DNA of 41,213 nt from a virus (IMGVR_UViG_3300031953_000047:1-41213); one strand, 5' to 3'; counted from the stretch's first letter, positions 19,786 through 26,952 are shown. Notes: a model not told the origin generated them from the letters alone. Numbers and translations: made by a program.

Positions 19786-19819
19786 CATGGCTATACACAT
19801 GGCTACACACGTGTATATT
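19786..19819 (+). promoter_or_regulatory. tandem CATGGCTAyACAC repeats plus TATATT -10-like element
   Basis: catggctatacacatggctacacacgtgtatatt. Confidence 0.45.
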
Positions 19820-19904
19820 GAAACCAGCAACACAAAGAAGGCCAGCAGGAATGCACTCCCACTGGCCCGAATCCATCCAGGCGCTAGACAAGGAAGGACA
19901 CACC

Positions 19905-20012
19905 ATGAACTCTACCTCGATTCGTCGCGGTTCTGTCGGCAGAAGACCCGAGGCTTCAGGGATTATCTCAGGAGCACAGTGGATGTCGCACGGAAGAAGG
20001 AGAGAACATTGA
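19905..20012 (+). CDS. 35-aa hypothetical peptide
   Basis: Strong SD aaggaagga before ATG. Confidence 0.35.
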   Translation: MNSTSIRRGSVGRRPEASGIISGAQWMSHGRRREH

Positions 20013-20102
20013 GGAGAGCCAATTGACAACAAGCATGACCACGCGAGCGGTCTGCGCACGAGAACAACACACTCCTGCGCAGACCCTCGACAAGGCGACA
20101 CG

Positions 20103-20381
20103 TTGAACCCGCGCGCAAAAGGGCAAGGGTCCGTGTACGAGGTCCGTGACGGCTACTGGGTCGGCGCTGTGAGCGTGACTGACGACACCGGGACACGTAA
20201 GCGGCGAACGGTCGGCAGTCGAGACAAACGCGTCGCAGAAGCCAAGCTAGAGGCGCTGATAGCCGGTGAACGATTACCGGGCACACTGGCGGAATTGCAC
20301 GCGGTGAAGGATGAAGCGTGGCACGAGGGGCACGATGCTGAGGCGGGTGCGGTTAGTCCGTATTGGCGCGCCCAAAAATAG
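20103..20381 (+). CDS. stand-alone integrase arm-binding-like protein
   Basis: KGQGSVY..RDGYWVGAVS...G.RKRR.V......AEAKL resembles tyrosine-integrase N-terminal domains. Confidence 0.6.
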   Translation: MNPRAKGQGSVYEVRDGYWVGAVSVTDDTGTRKRRTVGSRDKRVAEAKLEALIAGERLPGTLAELHAVKDEAWHEGHDAEAGAVSPYWRAQK

Positions 20382-20480
20382 GGGGCGGGTTGGGGAATGG
20401 CCCACATTGGATGGTGTGGGTTATTCCCCACATGAGGTGGGAAGTTCCTTGTGTTGTGTATGGCGGTATGTAATACGTTC

Positions 20481-20495
20481 TGGTAGAATGTGGGC
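20481..20495 (+). promoter_or_regulatory. extended -10 leaderless promoter
   Basis: TGg-TAGAAT-N6-ATG. Confidence 0.6.
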
Positions 20496-20807
20496 ATGAC
20501 AAACGACACGAAGCCGGGCAAGATTCACACTCACCTTGACTGCATTGACGGGCTTAGGTTCGCGTGGAGCCAAAAGAAGAAGGGGTTCTTCGCCAACAAG
20601 CTCGAAACGTATTTCGTGCTCATGGTTCGGGAGCGCGATCAGGTTTACGACTTGCTAGCGAAGACCGAGGCTGAACGTGACAACTTGCAGACGACCGTCG
20701 ACATGGATCTCGTGTACCTGCGGAAAATGGAAGCCGAACGTGACGATGCACTCGCGGCCCTCGCGGGAATCCGAGCTCCCCGTGCACCGGAAGAGAGCGG
20801 CCGATGA
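20496..20807 (+). CDS. hypothetical coiled-coil protein (EAERD repeats)
   Basis: ORF behind leaderless promoter; ATGA overlap with next gene. Confidence 0.7.
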   Translation: MTNDTKPGKIHTHLDCIDGLRFAWSQKKKGFFANKLETYFVLMVRERDQVYDLLAKTEAERDNLQTTVDMDLVYLRKMEAERDDALAALAGIRAPRAPEESGR

Positions 20808-20977
20808 TTTGGATACTCCTGACCTTGGCCACGCTGGGTGTGGCCTTCCTGTTTCTCTTGTTCTCTCGATGGCTAATCGACACATTCGACTGCTACCGGT
20901 GGTACATCCCCACAGTGATCGTTCTTCTGTTCGCAGCCCTCTACTACTCGATTGCAGTGACGGTGGGTAGCGCATGA
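20804..20977 (+). CDS. 57-aa two-TM membrane protein (not in ORF track)
   Basis: MIWILLTLATLGVAFLFLLFSRW...YIPTVIVLLFAALYYSIAVTVGSA; ATGA overlaps on both sides. Confidence 0.7.
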   Translation: MIWILLTLATLGVAFLFLLFSRWLIDTFDCYRWYIPTVIVLLFAALYYSIAVTVGSA

Positions 20978-21123
20978 CCCACCCAACCAAGCGCCCCCGA
21001 ACCATCCGCGTCTCTGACGCCCTCTGGTCCGCGTTCCAGGCCACCGCAGACGCCCGTGACGAGATCCCATCCGAAGAGATCCGCAAAATGATTGAACGCT
21101 ACGTGAAGAAAGGGACGAAATGA
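20974..21123 (+). CDS. ribbon-helix-helix DNA-binding protein, 49 aa (not in ORF track)
   Basis: MTHPTKRPRTIRVSDALWSAFQATADARDEIPSEEIRKMIERYVKKGTK, Arc/CopG-type pattern. Confidence 0.8.
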   Translation: MTHPTKRPRTIRVSDALWSAFQATADARDEIPSEEIRKMIERYVKKGTK

Positions 21124-21365
21124 GCAATGTTGAATCCATCAAAGTGCGGTCACTGCTGGCCGAAGCGGAGTCGGAGATGCTGGCATGGGCCATTGGTCAA
21201 CGCTCCTGCATAAACGAGCACATGGCCATGGAGAACTACAACGAGGACGGCTCGCCAAACCGAGGCGAGACCCTTGTAATCGCCGCTGAACGTGACGCCG
21301 CTGAACTCCTAATCGCGATACGCAAGGTAGAGGCATTGCGCATGCTGGCGCAGGCCACCTCATGA
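21120..21365 (+). CDS. hypothetical protein
   Basis: Coupled ORF, SD aaggga. Confidence 0.65.
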   Translation: MSNVESIKVRSLLAEAESEMLAWAIGQRSCINEHMAMENYNEDGSPNRGETLVIAAERDAAELLIAIRKVEALRMLAQATS

Positions 21366-21430
21366 CCACCGACGCCGAACGCCAAGCCAATGCAGTCGAG
21401 CGCATTATTGAGCGCGGGGAAAGGGACGAA
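21358..21430 (+). repeat. 73-bp direct repeat, copy 1
   Basis: 72/73 identical to 22948-23020. Confidence 0.95.
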
Positions 21431-21604
21431 CGAGGCGAGCGCATGAGGAAGAAGCGCAGTTCGGAATGGATGTTCGCTGACCACTACCCGGGCACCCTCT
21501 ACCACACAGGGCAGATGCTCAACCTCGCAGCACTGCGACTTCTCGTACTCGCGGTGTACCGACCATTTGCGCGACCTCTGCTGCGATGGCTCACACGCGC
21601 CTGA
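21362..21604 (+). CDS. hypothetical protein starting with the repeat-encoded MTTDAERQANAVERIIERGERDE
   Basis: ATGA-coupled ORF. Confidence 0.5.
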   Translation: MTTDAERQANAVERIIERGERDERGERMRKKRSSEWMFADHYPGTLYHTGQMLNLAALRLLVLAVYRPFARPLLRWLTRA

Positions 21605-21676
21605 CGGGCCCCCATCGCCCCCGTTCCCAGTGAGCGGGGGCGCCATAAGACGCACGACGACAAAAAGGGATGAGAC

Positions 21677-22162
21677 ATGGACAAGGACACGATCCGGTAT
21701 ATCGAGTGTGGAGCAGGTGTGCGCGTTCCCGCCAGCGACTCGGGTGGAGTTGCTGAATTCTTTGATGAATCAGTCGGCAAGATCAGTATGAAAGTAGTTT
21801 ACGACGAAGACATGAAACGCCTCGTGGCTGACAGCGTGCAGGTAACCCGGACAGGGCGCGCCGCTGAGGTTACAGGCGTGAAGATGCGTTCGGTCAGGGT
21901 CGAGGAGTACTTGCGCACTGCGGGAATGCATATGGCCCAAATCCGATCCGATAACGGCGAATGGAAGCGTGCCGCGGAGTATCTGTCGGATTTAGAGAAC
22001 ACCACGCCCAGTGACGTCGACGTCACCGCCGCCCGCATCTACGTCCTCGCTCGCATCATAAGCGGGCACCCCCTGAAAACCGTTGGCCGCTACTTGAACG
22101 TGAGCCAAAGCACGGCGACGCGGATTGTCGCGCGCGCACGAGCGCGGGGGCTAGTCGACTAG
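21677..22162 (+). CDS. att-proximal HTH DNA-binding protein (DUF6214-like)
   Basis: C-terminal ARIY..A...G.P.K.V...LNVSQSTATRIVARARARGL helix-turn-helix. Confidence 0.6.
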   Translation: MDKDTIRYIECGAGVRVPASDSGGVAEFFDESVGKISMKVVYDEDMKRLVADSVQVTRTGRAAEVTGVKMRSVRVEEYLRTAGMHMAQIRSDNGEWKRAAEYLSDLENTTPSDVDVTAARIYVLARIISGHPLKTVGRYLNVSQSTATRIVARARARGLVD

Positions 22163-22230
22163 CGCCTACCGCCACATCGCCGTGCTTTGGGAGCGAGGGT
22201 TTTTGCGTTGCCTTCCTGTGCTTTTTTACG

Positions 22231-22274
22231 TTAGGGGGACCTTTAGGAGGTACTAGGGGGTTTTGGCTAGGGGG
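22231..22274 (+). repeat. attP arm-type repeats, left (yTAGGrGG x4)
   Basis: ttaggggg 22231, ttaggagg 22243, ctaggggg 22253, ctaggggg 22267. Confidence 0.7.
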
Positions 22275-22302
22275 CCGATACCCTTGCATCCCAGTGTTTA
22301 CA

Positions 22303-22347
22303 TGGTGCCCCCGGTAGGAATCGAACCTACGACAAGCGGATTAGAAG
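22303..22347 (-). other. attP: attP core = 3' half of tRNA-Arg(UCU)
   Basis: Reverse complement cttctaatccgcttgtcgtaggttcgattcctaccgggggcacca: anticodon loop CTTCTAA, T-loop, CCA; no 5' half. Confidence 0.9.
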
Positions 22348-22441
22348 CTCGCTGGTTAAAGCTTTTGGGGGTAGTCACTCACTGAAAAACCGCGTGTTTA
22401 CGCGGTTCTCAATCCCACATGCGCCCATATGAACCCATAGG

Positions 22442-22464
22442 TTAGGGGGTACCTTAGGAGGTAG
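22442..22464 (+). repeat. attP arm-type repeats, right
   Basis: ttagggggtaccttaggaggtag mirrors the left pair. Confidence 0.7.
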
Positions 22465-22469
22465 TAACT

Positions 22470-22484
22470 TGGTAGGATGGTGGC
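22470..22484 (+). promoter_or_regulatory. extended -10 leaderless promoter of the int operon
   Basis: TGg-TAGGAT-N6-ATG; near-identical to 20481-20495. Confidence 0.6.
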
Positions 22485-22955
22485 ATGGCAAACGACGAGG
22501 ACGAAATGACGCACGAGCAACTGATCGCCATACAGGCCCGCATCAATGAGATGTGCGCCCGGCTTGCGGATATACGGGCATACGGAAGCACTGGACAGAT
22601 GGCCGGCACTACGACGAGCGAGCGCATGAGCGAGACGACTGAGGCACTGCGACCAACGTGGCACGCGGGCATGTATGGTGCCCCGCAGGATATGTACGGC
22701 GCATCCGTAGTGCTGCCACTCGTCGCCAAGCTCAAGCAGATCACCGCCGAACGTGACGCCGCACTGGCTGAAGTGACCGCCGAGGGTGCAGGGGCGATCG
22801 GGCGTGCGCGGCTACTTGGGTTCCTGCGTGCAGTCATTGATGAAGACCCATCGTTCACGGACGGCGGGCCGGACAGTGGCGGGGATCACGTCGCCTACCT
22901 CACCGACCTGCTCATTGCCGCTGGCTTCGGAGACAGGGAAGGGGCATCCTCATGA
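22485..22955 (+). CDS. hypothetical protein (AERD coiled coil)
   Basis: ORF behind leaderless promoter. Confidence 0.65.
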   Translation: MANDEDEMTHEQLIAIQARINEMCARLADIRAYGSTGQMAGTTTSERMSETTEALRPTWHAGMYGAPQDMYGASVVLPLVAKLKQITAERDAALAEVTAEGAGAIGRARLLGFLRAVIDEDPSFTDGGPDSGGDHVAYLTDLLIAAGFGDREGASS

Positions 22956-23020
22956 CCACCGACGCCGAACGCCAAGCCAATGCAGTCGAGCGCATCATTG
23001 AGCGCGGGGAAAGGGACGAA
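22948..23020 (+). repeat. 73-bp direct repeat, copy 2
   Basis: 72/73 identical to 21358-21430. Confidence 0.95.
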
Positions 23021-23248
23021 ATGAGTGAGGACGTGCAGGACCTGATTGCAATAGCGCGGCTGCGTGCCGAGAAATACTCGAGCGGGTCGGATGCCTACCT
23101 GCTCAACCGCCTTATAGCTGCAATCGAAGCAGCCGAGGCCGCACATGGCACAGCACTAGAAGCGCTGATAGTGGTGCGGAGGGAGTACCTGCAACACGGC
23201 ACATTGACCACCCGCGCCGCACTCGCAATTGATGGAGCGACCCCGTGA
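22952..23248 (+). CDS. hypothetical protein (alternative start 23021)
   Basis: Coupled to int by GTGA overlap; second SD aagggac before ATG 23021. Confidence 0.6.
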   Translation: MTTDAERQANAVERIIERGERDEMSEDVQDLIAIARLRAEKYSSGSDAYLLNRLIAAIEAAEAAHGTALEALIVVRREYLQHGTLTTRAALAIDGATP

Positions 23249-24558
23249 CCGACACCACCCCGCAGAAGCGCCGCGCAACTGGCGAGCCGAAGCCGTACCG
23301 GCGCGCAGATGGCATGTGGCGTGTTGCCCTCGAGCTGCCATCCCCCGATGGTTCACGGCGCCGTAAGTATTTCGTGGCGAAGACTGAGGGCGCGTTGAAA
23401 CTCAAGCTCAAGGAAGCCAAGCGCGACCTGCTCAAGAACGGCGACCTGTCAACGGCGAGCGTGACCGTGGCAACGTGGATGAATCTGTGGTTCAACGCGA
23501 TCTCGTTGAAGAAGATCGCACCCCGCACGGCATCGGCATACCGCAGCCAGATAAACAATTACGTCATCCCGAGCATTGGCAAGATCCGCCTCGACAAGTT
23601 GACCGCGGCGCACATCTACCGGGTTGCCGACTACATCACGTCGAAGCCGAAAGATCCCGCCGACCCGTCCAAGGGCTTCCTGTCATCGACCACGGCGAAC
23701 AACACGTACCGGATGCTACGAGTCGCGCTGACCTACGCCGAACGTGAAGGACGCATCACGAAGAACCCGGCAATGCTCGCTGATGCCCCACGTAAGGCCG
23801 CAGCGAACCTCGCCGTACTCACAGCCGTTGACGGCGTGAAAGTGCTTGATAGCGTCTCACGCGACCGCATGGGGTCACGCTGGGCAACGGCGCTACTCAC
23901 CGGCGCGCGACAAGGTGAAGTGATCGGGCTCGAGCTCGACCGCGTTACCGACGTGCTCGACCTCTCCTGGCAGTTGCAGCGCATCACATGGGAGCACGGA
24001 TGCGGCGGAACGTGTGGACGCAAGCGCGGCACCGACTGCCCGAAGCAGAAGATCACGCACCCCGCCGACTGGGAATATCGGCGACTCGGCACAAGCGGCC
24101 TGTGTCTCACGCGCCCGAAGTCTGCGGCTGGCTGGCGAATCATCCCGCTAGTCGAACCGCTCAAGACGATCATCGAACGGCGCATTGCCGTTGCAGCCAC
24201 AGAACCTAACCCGTACGGCCTTGTGTGGACCGCTGACCCCAAGTTCAACAAGGGTGGAGCAAAGGGGACGGTTCGCGTGGCTCAACCTCTTGACGGGTCA
24301 CCTATCGACCCGTCACGGGATAATCTCGCATGGCACGCGGTACTCGCACGCGCCGGCATCGACAGTGTGCCACTCCACGCCGCACGCCACACGACCGCAT
24401 CGTTGCTACTCGCCGCGAACGTGCCCGAGACGATCGTGACCAGCATTCTTGGTCACTCGTCGTTTGCGGTGTCGCGTTCGTACATGACCGTGGACCGCAA
24501 GCAGCTTGGGATTGCACTTACCGCGATCTCTGCGCTCATGCCGCTCTCGGAGTCGTGA
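23245..24558 (+). CDS. int: tyrosine integrase
   Basis: Arm domain, SAM-like domain, catalytic GARQGE, RPKS, LHAARH, LGH, RSY; Cys-rich insertion. Confidence 0.97.
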   Translation: MTDTTPQKRRATGEPKPYRRADGMWRVALELPSPDGSRRRKYFVAKTEGALKLKLKEAKRDLLKNGDLSTASVTVATWMNLWFNAISLKKIAPRTASAYRSQINNYVIPSIGKIRLDKLTAAHIYRVADYITSKPKDPADPSKGFLSSTTANNTYRMLRVALTYAEREGRITKNPAMLADAPRKAAANLAVLTAVDGVKVLDSVSRDRMGSRWATALLTGARQGEVIGLELDRVTDVLDLSWQLQRITWEHGCGGTCGRKRGTDCPKQKITHPADWEYRRLGTSGLCLTRPKSAAGWRIIPLVEPLKTIIERRIAVAATEPNPYGLVWTADPKFNKGGAKGTVRVAQPLDGSPIDPSRDNLAWHAVLARAGIDSVPLHAARHTTASLLLAANVPETIVTSILGHSSFAVSRSYMTVDRKQLGIALTAISALMPLSES

Positions 24559-24615
24559 CCAGCCACCCGCAAACATACCGGCAGCTTGTAGCGAATTGGA
24601 CGCGCCTAACGGCAA

Positions 24616-24637
24616 TGTCGGAGGGTAGACATATGGT
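24616..24637 (+). promoter_or_regulatory. PafBC/RecA-NDp-type DNA-damage promoter motif
   Basis: TGTCGG-N10-TATGGT fits the actinobacterial TGTCGG-N10-TAnnnT consensus; intergenic. Confidence 0.6.
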
Positions 24638-24683
24638 TTACCCATCGGTCGAGAAATACTCGGTATGCAGCAAGGGGAAATGT

Positions 24684-24872
24684 ATGCGCACGCGGTACGC
24701 AATAGCAGTTGTGGCGAGAATCAAGGCAGCGGTAGGGGTCGAGGGCGAGTTGTGCCCGCTTCTCAACGGCGTGCGCCCTGGGGACGTTCCCGTGGGTGCA
24801 GCGATTCAGCTAGTGAAGGATTGCGGCGGCGACTGCGACGAGGTTTTCTCGGCCGCCACGATCGCATCGTGA
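24684..24872 (+). CDS. 62-aa putative antirepressor (HTH-less XRE mimic)
   Basis: SD aagggg; downstream of PafBC motif; visual similarity to repressor helices; overlaps repressor 3' end in antisense. Confidence 0.45.
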   Translation: MRTRYAIAVVARIKAAVGVEGELCPLLNGVRPGDVPVGAAIQLVKDCGGDCDEVFSAATIAS

Positions 24873-25087
24873 ATGATCGCCGGCACGTCGAGGTCTAGCG
24901 ATATGCCGAGTGCCACCATCTGATCGAAGGAAAGCTCTGCCTCACCGTTGATGAGTCGCTTGAGCGTTCGGAGCTTGATGCCGGATGCTTCTGATAGTTC
25001 ATCGAAGGTGAGGCGCTTTTCGTTTTTGCGGGCGCGCAGGATCTCGGCTAGTGCCGCGTTGTAAATATCCTTGGGGCCGTCGCTCAT
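24806..25087 (-). CDS. immunity repressor, XRE HTH
   Basis: LTFDELSEASGIKLRTLKRLING HTH; divergent from Cro-like gene; no peptidase domain. Confidence 0.85.
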   Translation of the reverse strand: MSDGPKDIYNAALAEILRARKNEKRLTFDELSEASGIKLRTLKRLINGEAELSFDQMVALGISLDLDVPAIIHDAIVAAEKTSSQSPPQSFTS

Positions 25088-25090
25088 AGT

Positions 25091-25187
25091 GTCCACATTG
25101 GCATCATAGTACCGCTGCATGAATTTTGTCTGACACTCAAAGTGGGGTGTATCTGGTCTTGCATAGTTCCAACTTTGGCACTAATGT
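25091..25187. promoter_or_regulatory. lysis/lysogeny switch: three operator-like sites and early promoter
   Basis: CAAwGTkG core at 25091-25103(-), 25135-25147(+), 25168-25180(-); TTGCAT-N17-TAATGT with leaderless ATG 25194. Confidence 0.6.
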
Positions 25188-25193
25188 TCAGAT

Positions 25194-25454
25194 ATGGTCA
25201 CTAACTCAGCAGCACTCGCACAGCGAGTCGAAGCCGCCAGAAGAAGAGAAGGAGTTGCGAAACTCCACCTCTCAAACACAACTGGCATCAAACGCTCCAC
25301 CCTGCACCGCCTGCTGGCCGGCAAGGGAGAATTCAAGGTCTGGCAGCTAATCCGGATCAGCCAGCACTTGACCGACTCTGCATCTGACGCCGAGTTCATG
25401 GTCACCGAGTGGATGAGCGATCTCCCCGTTGCCCCGATTGCGGTCGCAGCATGA
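25194..25454 (+). CDS. Cro-like HTH protein
   Basis: LSNTTGIKRSTLHRLLAGKGEF; divergent from repressor. Confidence 0.8.
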   Translation: MVTNSAALAQRVEAARRREGVAKLHLSNTTGIKRSTLHRLLAGKGEFKVWQLIRISQHLTDSASDAEFMVTEWMSDLPVAPIAVAA

Positions 25455-25663
25455 GCGCCTTGCCCCCATCCTCGCCGGCACCGATCGCGTACTCAATACC
25501 CGACGCGGCCCGAGCAGTAGGAATGGGCATCGAAGCCTTTCGCCGGCACCTCGCCAGCGGAGACATCACACGCCGCTACCCGAACTCCACCCCGATCGTG
25601 ACTCACTCCGATCTGGTCGAGTGGGCCGACAGCTTGCCAGTCGACAAGCCGCTGCCTAAGTAG
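25451..25663 (+). CDS. excisionase-like winged-HTH protein
   Basis: PIAYSIPDAARAVG...L.EW..SLP. Confidence 0.65.
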   Translation: MSALPPSSPAPIAYSIPDAARAVGMGIEAFRRHLASGDITRRYPNSTPIVTHSDLVEWADSLPVDKPLPK

Positions 25664-25786
25664 CACCCAGGCGCACCTTTAGCGCCTCATATTCTCGCCG
25701 CCCACTGGGTGGCAATCCGCTGGCGTGTCACAAAGCCGGCACCTGCACCACTTGGCGGTCCTGCTTCGACAGAGGGCGAGCCCGCA

Positions 25787-25807
25787 CGACCTTTGAAAAC
25801 TACACAG
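25787..25807 (+). promoter_or_regulatory. boxA-like antitermination element
   Basis: ctttgaaaactacacag resembles Gram-positive rrn leader boxA. Confidence 0.45.
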
Positions 25808-25891
25808 TGAGCCACACCGACAGCTAGGGAGCTGCACGGATGGTATGACGCCCCTGCTTAGCGGGGAGACGCGGCGTGACAGGCCGCACAT

Positions 25892-25961
25892 GGGCGGGTG
25901 GCTCAACAGGTGAGCCCGGGGGTAATCCCTTCGCGTGCAGGTTCGAATCCTGCCCCGTCCA
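25892..25961 (+). tRNA. non-canonical tRNA / tRNA-like element (nominal anticodon AAT)
   Basis: Acceptor GGGCGGG/CCCGTCC, D-arm GCTC/GAGC, T-arm GCAGG-TTCGAAT-CCTGC; weak anticodon arm, no CCA directly after discriminator. Confidence 0.6.
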
Positions 25962-25984
25962 CTCACCAACAGAGGGAGTAATAA

Positions 25985-26170
25985 ATGGAAATCGACTGGA
26001 ACGCAATCATCTGGTTCGTCATCTGGGCAGCGGTTGCACTCGTGAGTGTAGGGCTCGTCATCTGGATTGTGGTTGCCGCAGTCGCCGCCCGGCACATCAA
26101 GGCAGTCAGGGCCGACTTCGACAAGGGCTTCGACAGCGACTTCTTCAAGAACAACCGCCTACGCCGCTAA
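25985..26170 (+). CDS. single-TM membrane protein
   Basis: SD gagggag; long hydrophobic N-terminus. Confidence 0.7.
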   Translation: MEIDWNAIIWFVIWAAVALVSVGLVIWIVVAAVAARHIKAVRADFDKGFDSDFFKNNRLRR

Positions 26171-26293
26171 CTCAGCACCACAGGGGAATGGCCCATAACC
26201 CATTCAGCGGCGCGTCCGTCATAGGAGTGACCGGGTGAACAGTCCCGGCGTCGCACTCAACCAACAACCAAATACCTATAGAGGGAGCACGAA

Positions 26294-26488
26294 ATGTCAG
26301 TACGGAATAACAGCAAGGAAGAGATCCAGTGGGTCACCATCAAGGACGCAGCCGAGCAGCTTCAGTGCAGCACCAAGACAATAAGGCGCTGGATCACTGA
26401 AGGCCGCCTTGACGCCAAGCGATTCGGGCCGCGACTCATCCGCGTTGACATGGCCAGCATGGACCGCCTCGGCAACTCGCTCAACTAG
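26294..26488 (+). CDS. excisionase-family HTH protein
   Basis: VTIKDAAEQLQCSTKTIRRWITEGRL.AKRFGPRLIRV. Confidence 0.85.
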   Translation: MSVRNNSKEEIQWVTIKDAAEQLQCSTKTIRRWITEGRLDAKRFGPRLIRVDMASMDRLGNSLN

Positions 26489-26560
26489 AGCGCAATTCGC
26501 AGAAATGCCCCCTGCGCAAACAGGGGGCCGAGCAACACACCAACCGATTGGAGAGTCACC

Positions 26561-26770
26561 ATGCCAACCCTAAACGAAGACCGCCTCAACAAGGGGCGCC
26601 GAAGCACCCACCAAGCACCCGACAGATACCGCGGGGCCATAGACATCACCGACGAAGCGCCACCCGAACCCATGCAGCACGCCAGCCTCGTGTGGGCACT
26701 CATCCTCGCCGGCAGCCTGGCGACGTGGGTCGGTGTTGGTAGCGCCCTCATTTGGTGGGCTGCCTTGTGA
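26561..26770 (+). CDS. C-terminal TM protein
   Basis: SD ggag; hydrophobic C-terminus. Confidence 0.55.
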   Translation: MPTLNEDRLNKGRRSTHQAPDRYRGAIDITDEAPPEPMQHASLVWALILAGSLATWVGVGSALIWWAAL

Positions 26771-26952
26771 GCCGCAGAAGCACCGCAGCCGCAGCCCGCA
26801 GTGAGGCAGGCCGCGACATTCACACCGAACTCATGCGACTCGCTGGGCTCGATCACGCCGCTGGAAACTCTGCGGCATACACGGCAATGACTGCCGCAGC
26901 ATCCCTCGCACTTCGACTCACCACCGAACATGAAATGGAACCCTGCTCATGA
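26767..26952 (+). CDS. hypothetical protein
   Basis: Coupled GTGA/ATGA overlaps. Confidence 0.5.
   Translation: MSRRSTAAAARSEAGRDIHTELMRLAGLDHAAGNSAAYTAMTAAASLALRLTTEHEMEPCS

Noticed and set aside
19934-19955. Second PafBC-like motif
   Set aside because: TGTCGG-N10 is followed by GAGGCT, lacking the conserved TA
20974-21365. Type II toxin-antitoxin pair (RHH plus 81-aa ORF)
   Set aside because: Downstream protein shows no PIN, RelE, MazF, HicA or GNAT features that I can recognise
22303-22380. Complete tRNA-Arg gene
   Set aside because: Only anticodon loop to CCA is present; no D-arm or 5' acceptor strand, so it is the att core
24648-24663. LexA SOS box downstream of the PafBC-like motif
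   Set aside because: cgag-aaata-ctcg does not fit CGAAC-N4-GTTCG in sequence or spacing
24330-24683. Upstream extension of the 24684 ORF (180-aa call)
   Set aside because: Overlaps int out of frame; the SD and promoter motif favour ATG 24684
25826-25890. Ochre-suppressor tRNA (tta loop hairpin)
   Set aside because: No acceptor stem or canonical T-loop; kept only as part of the structured leader
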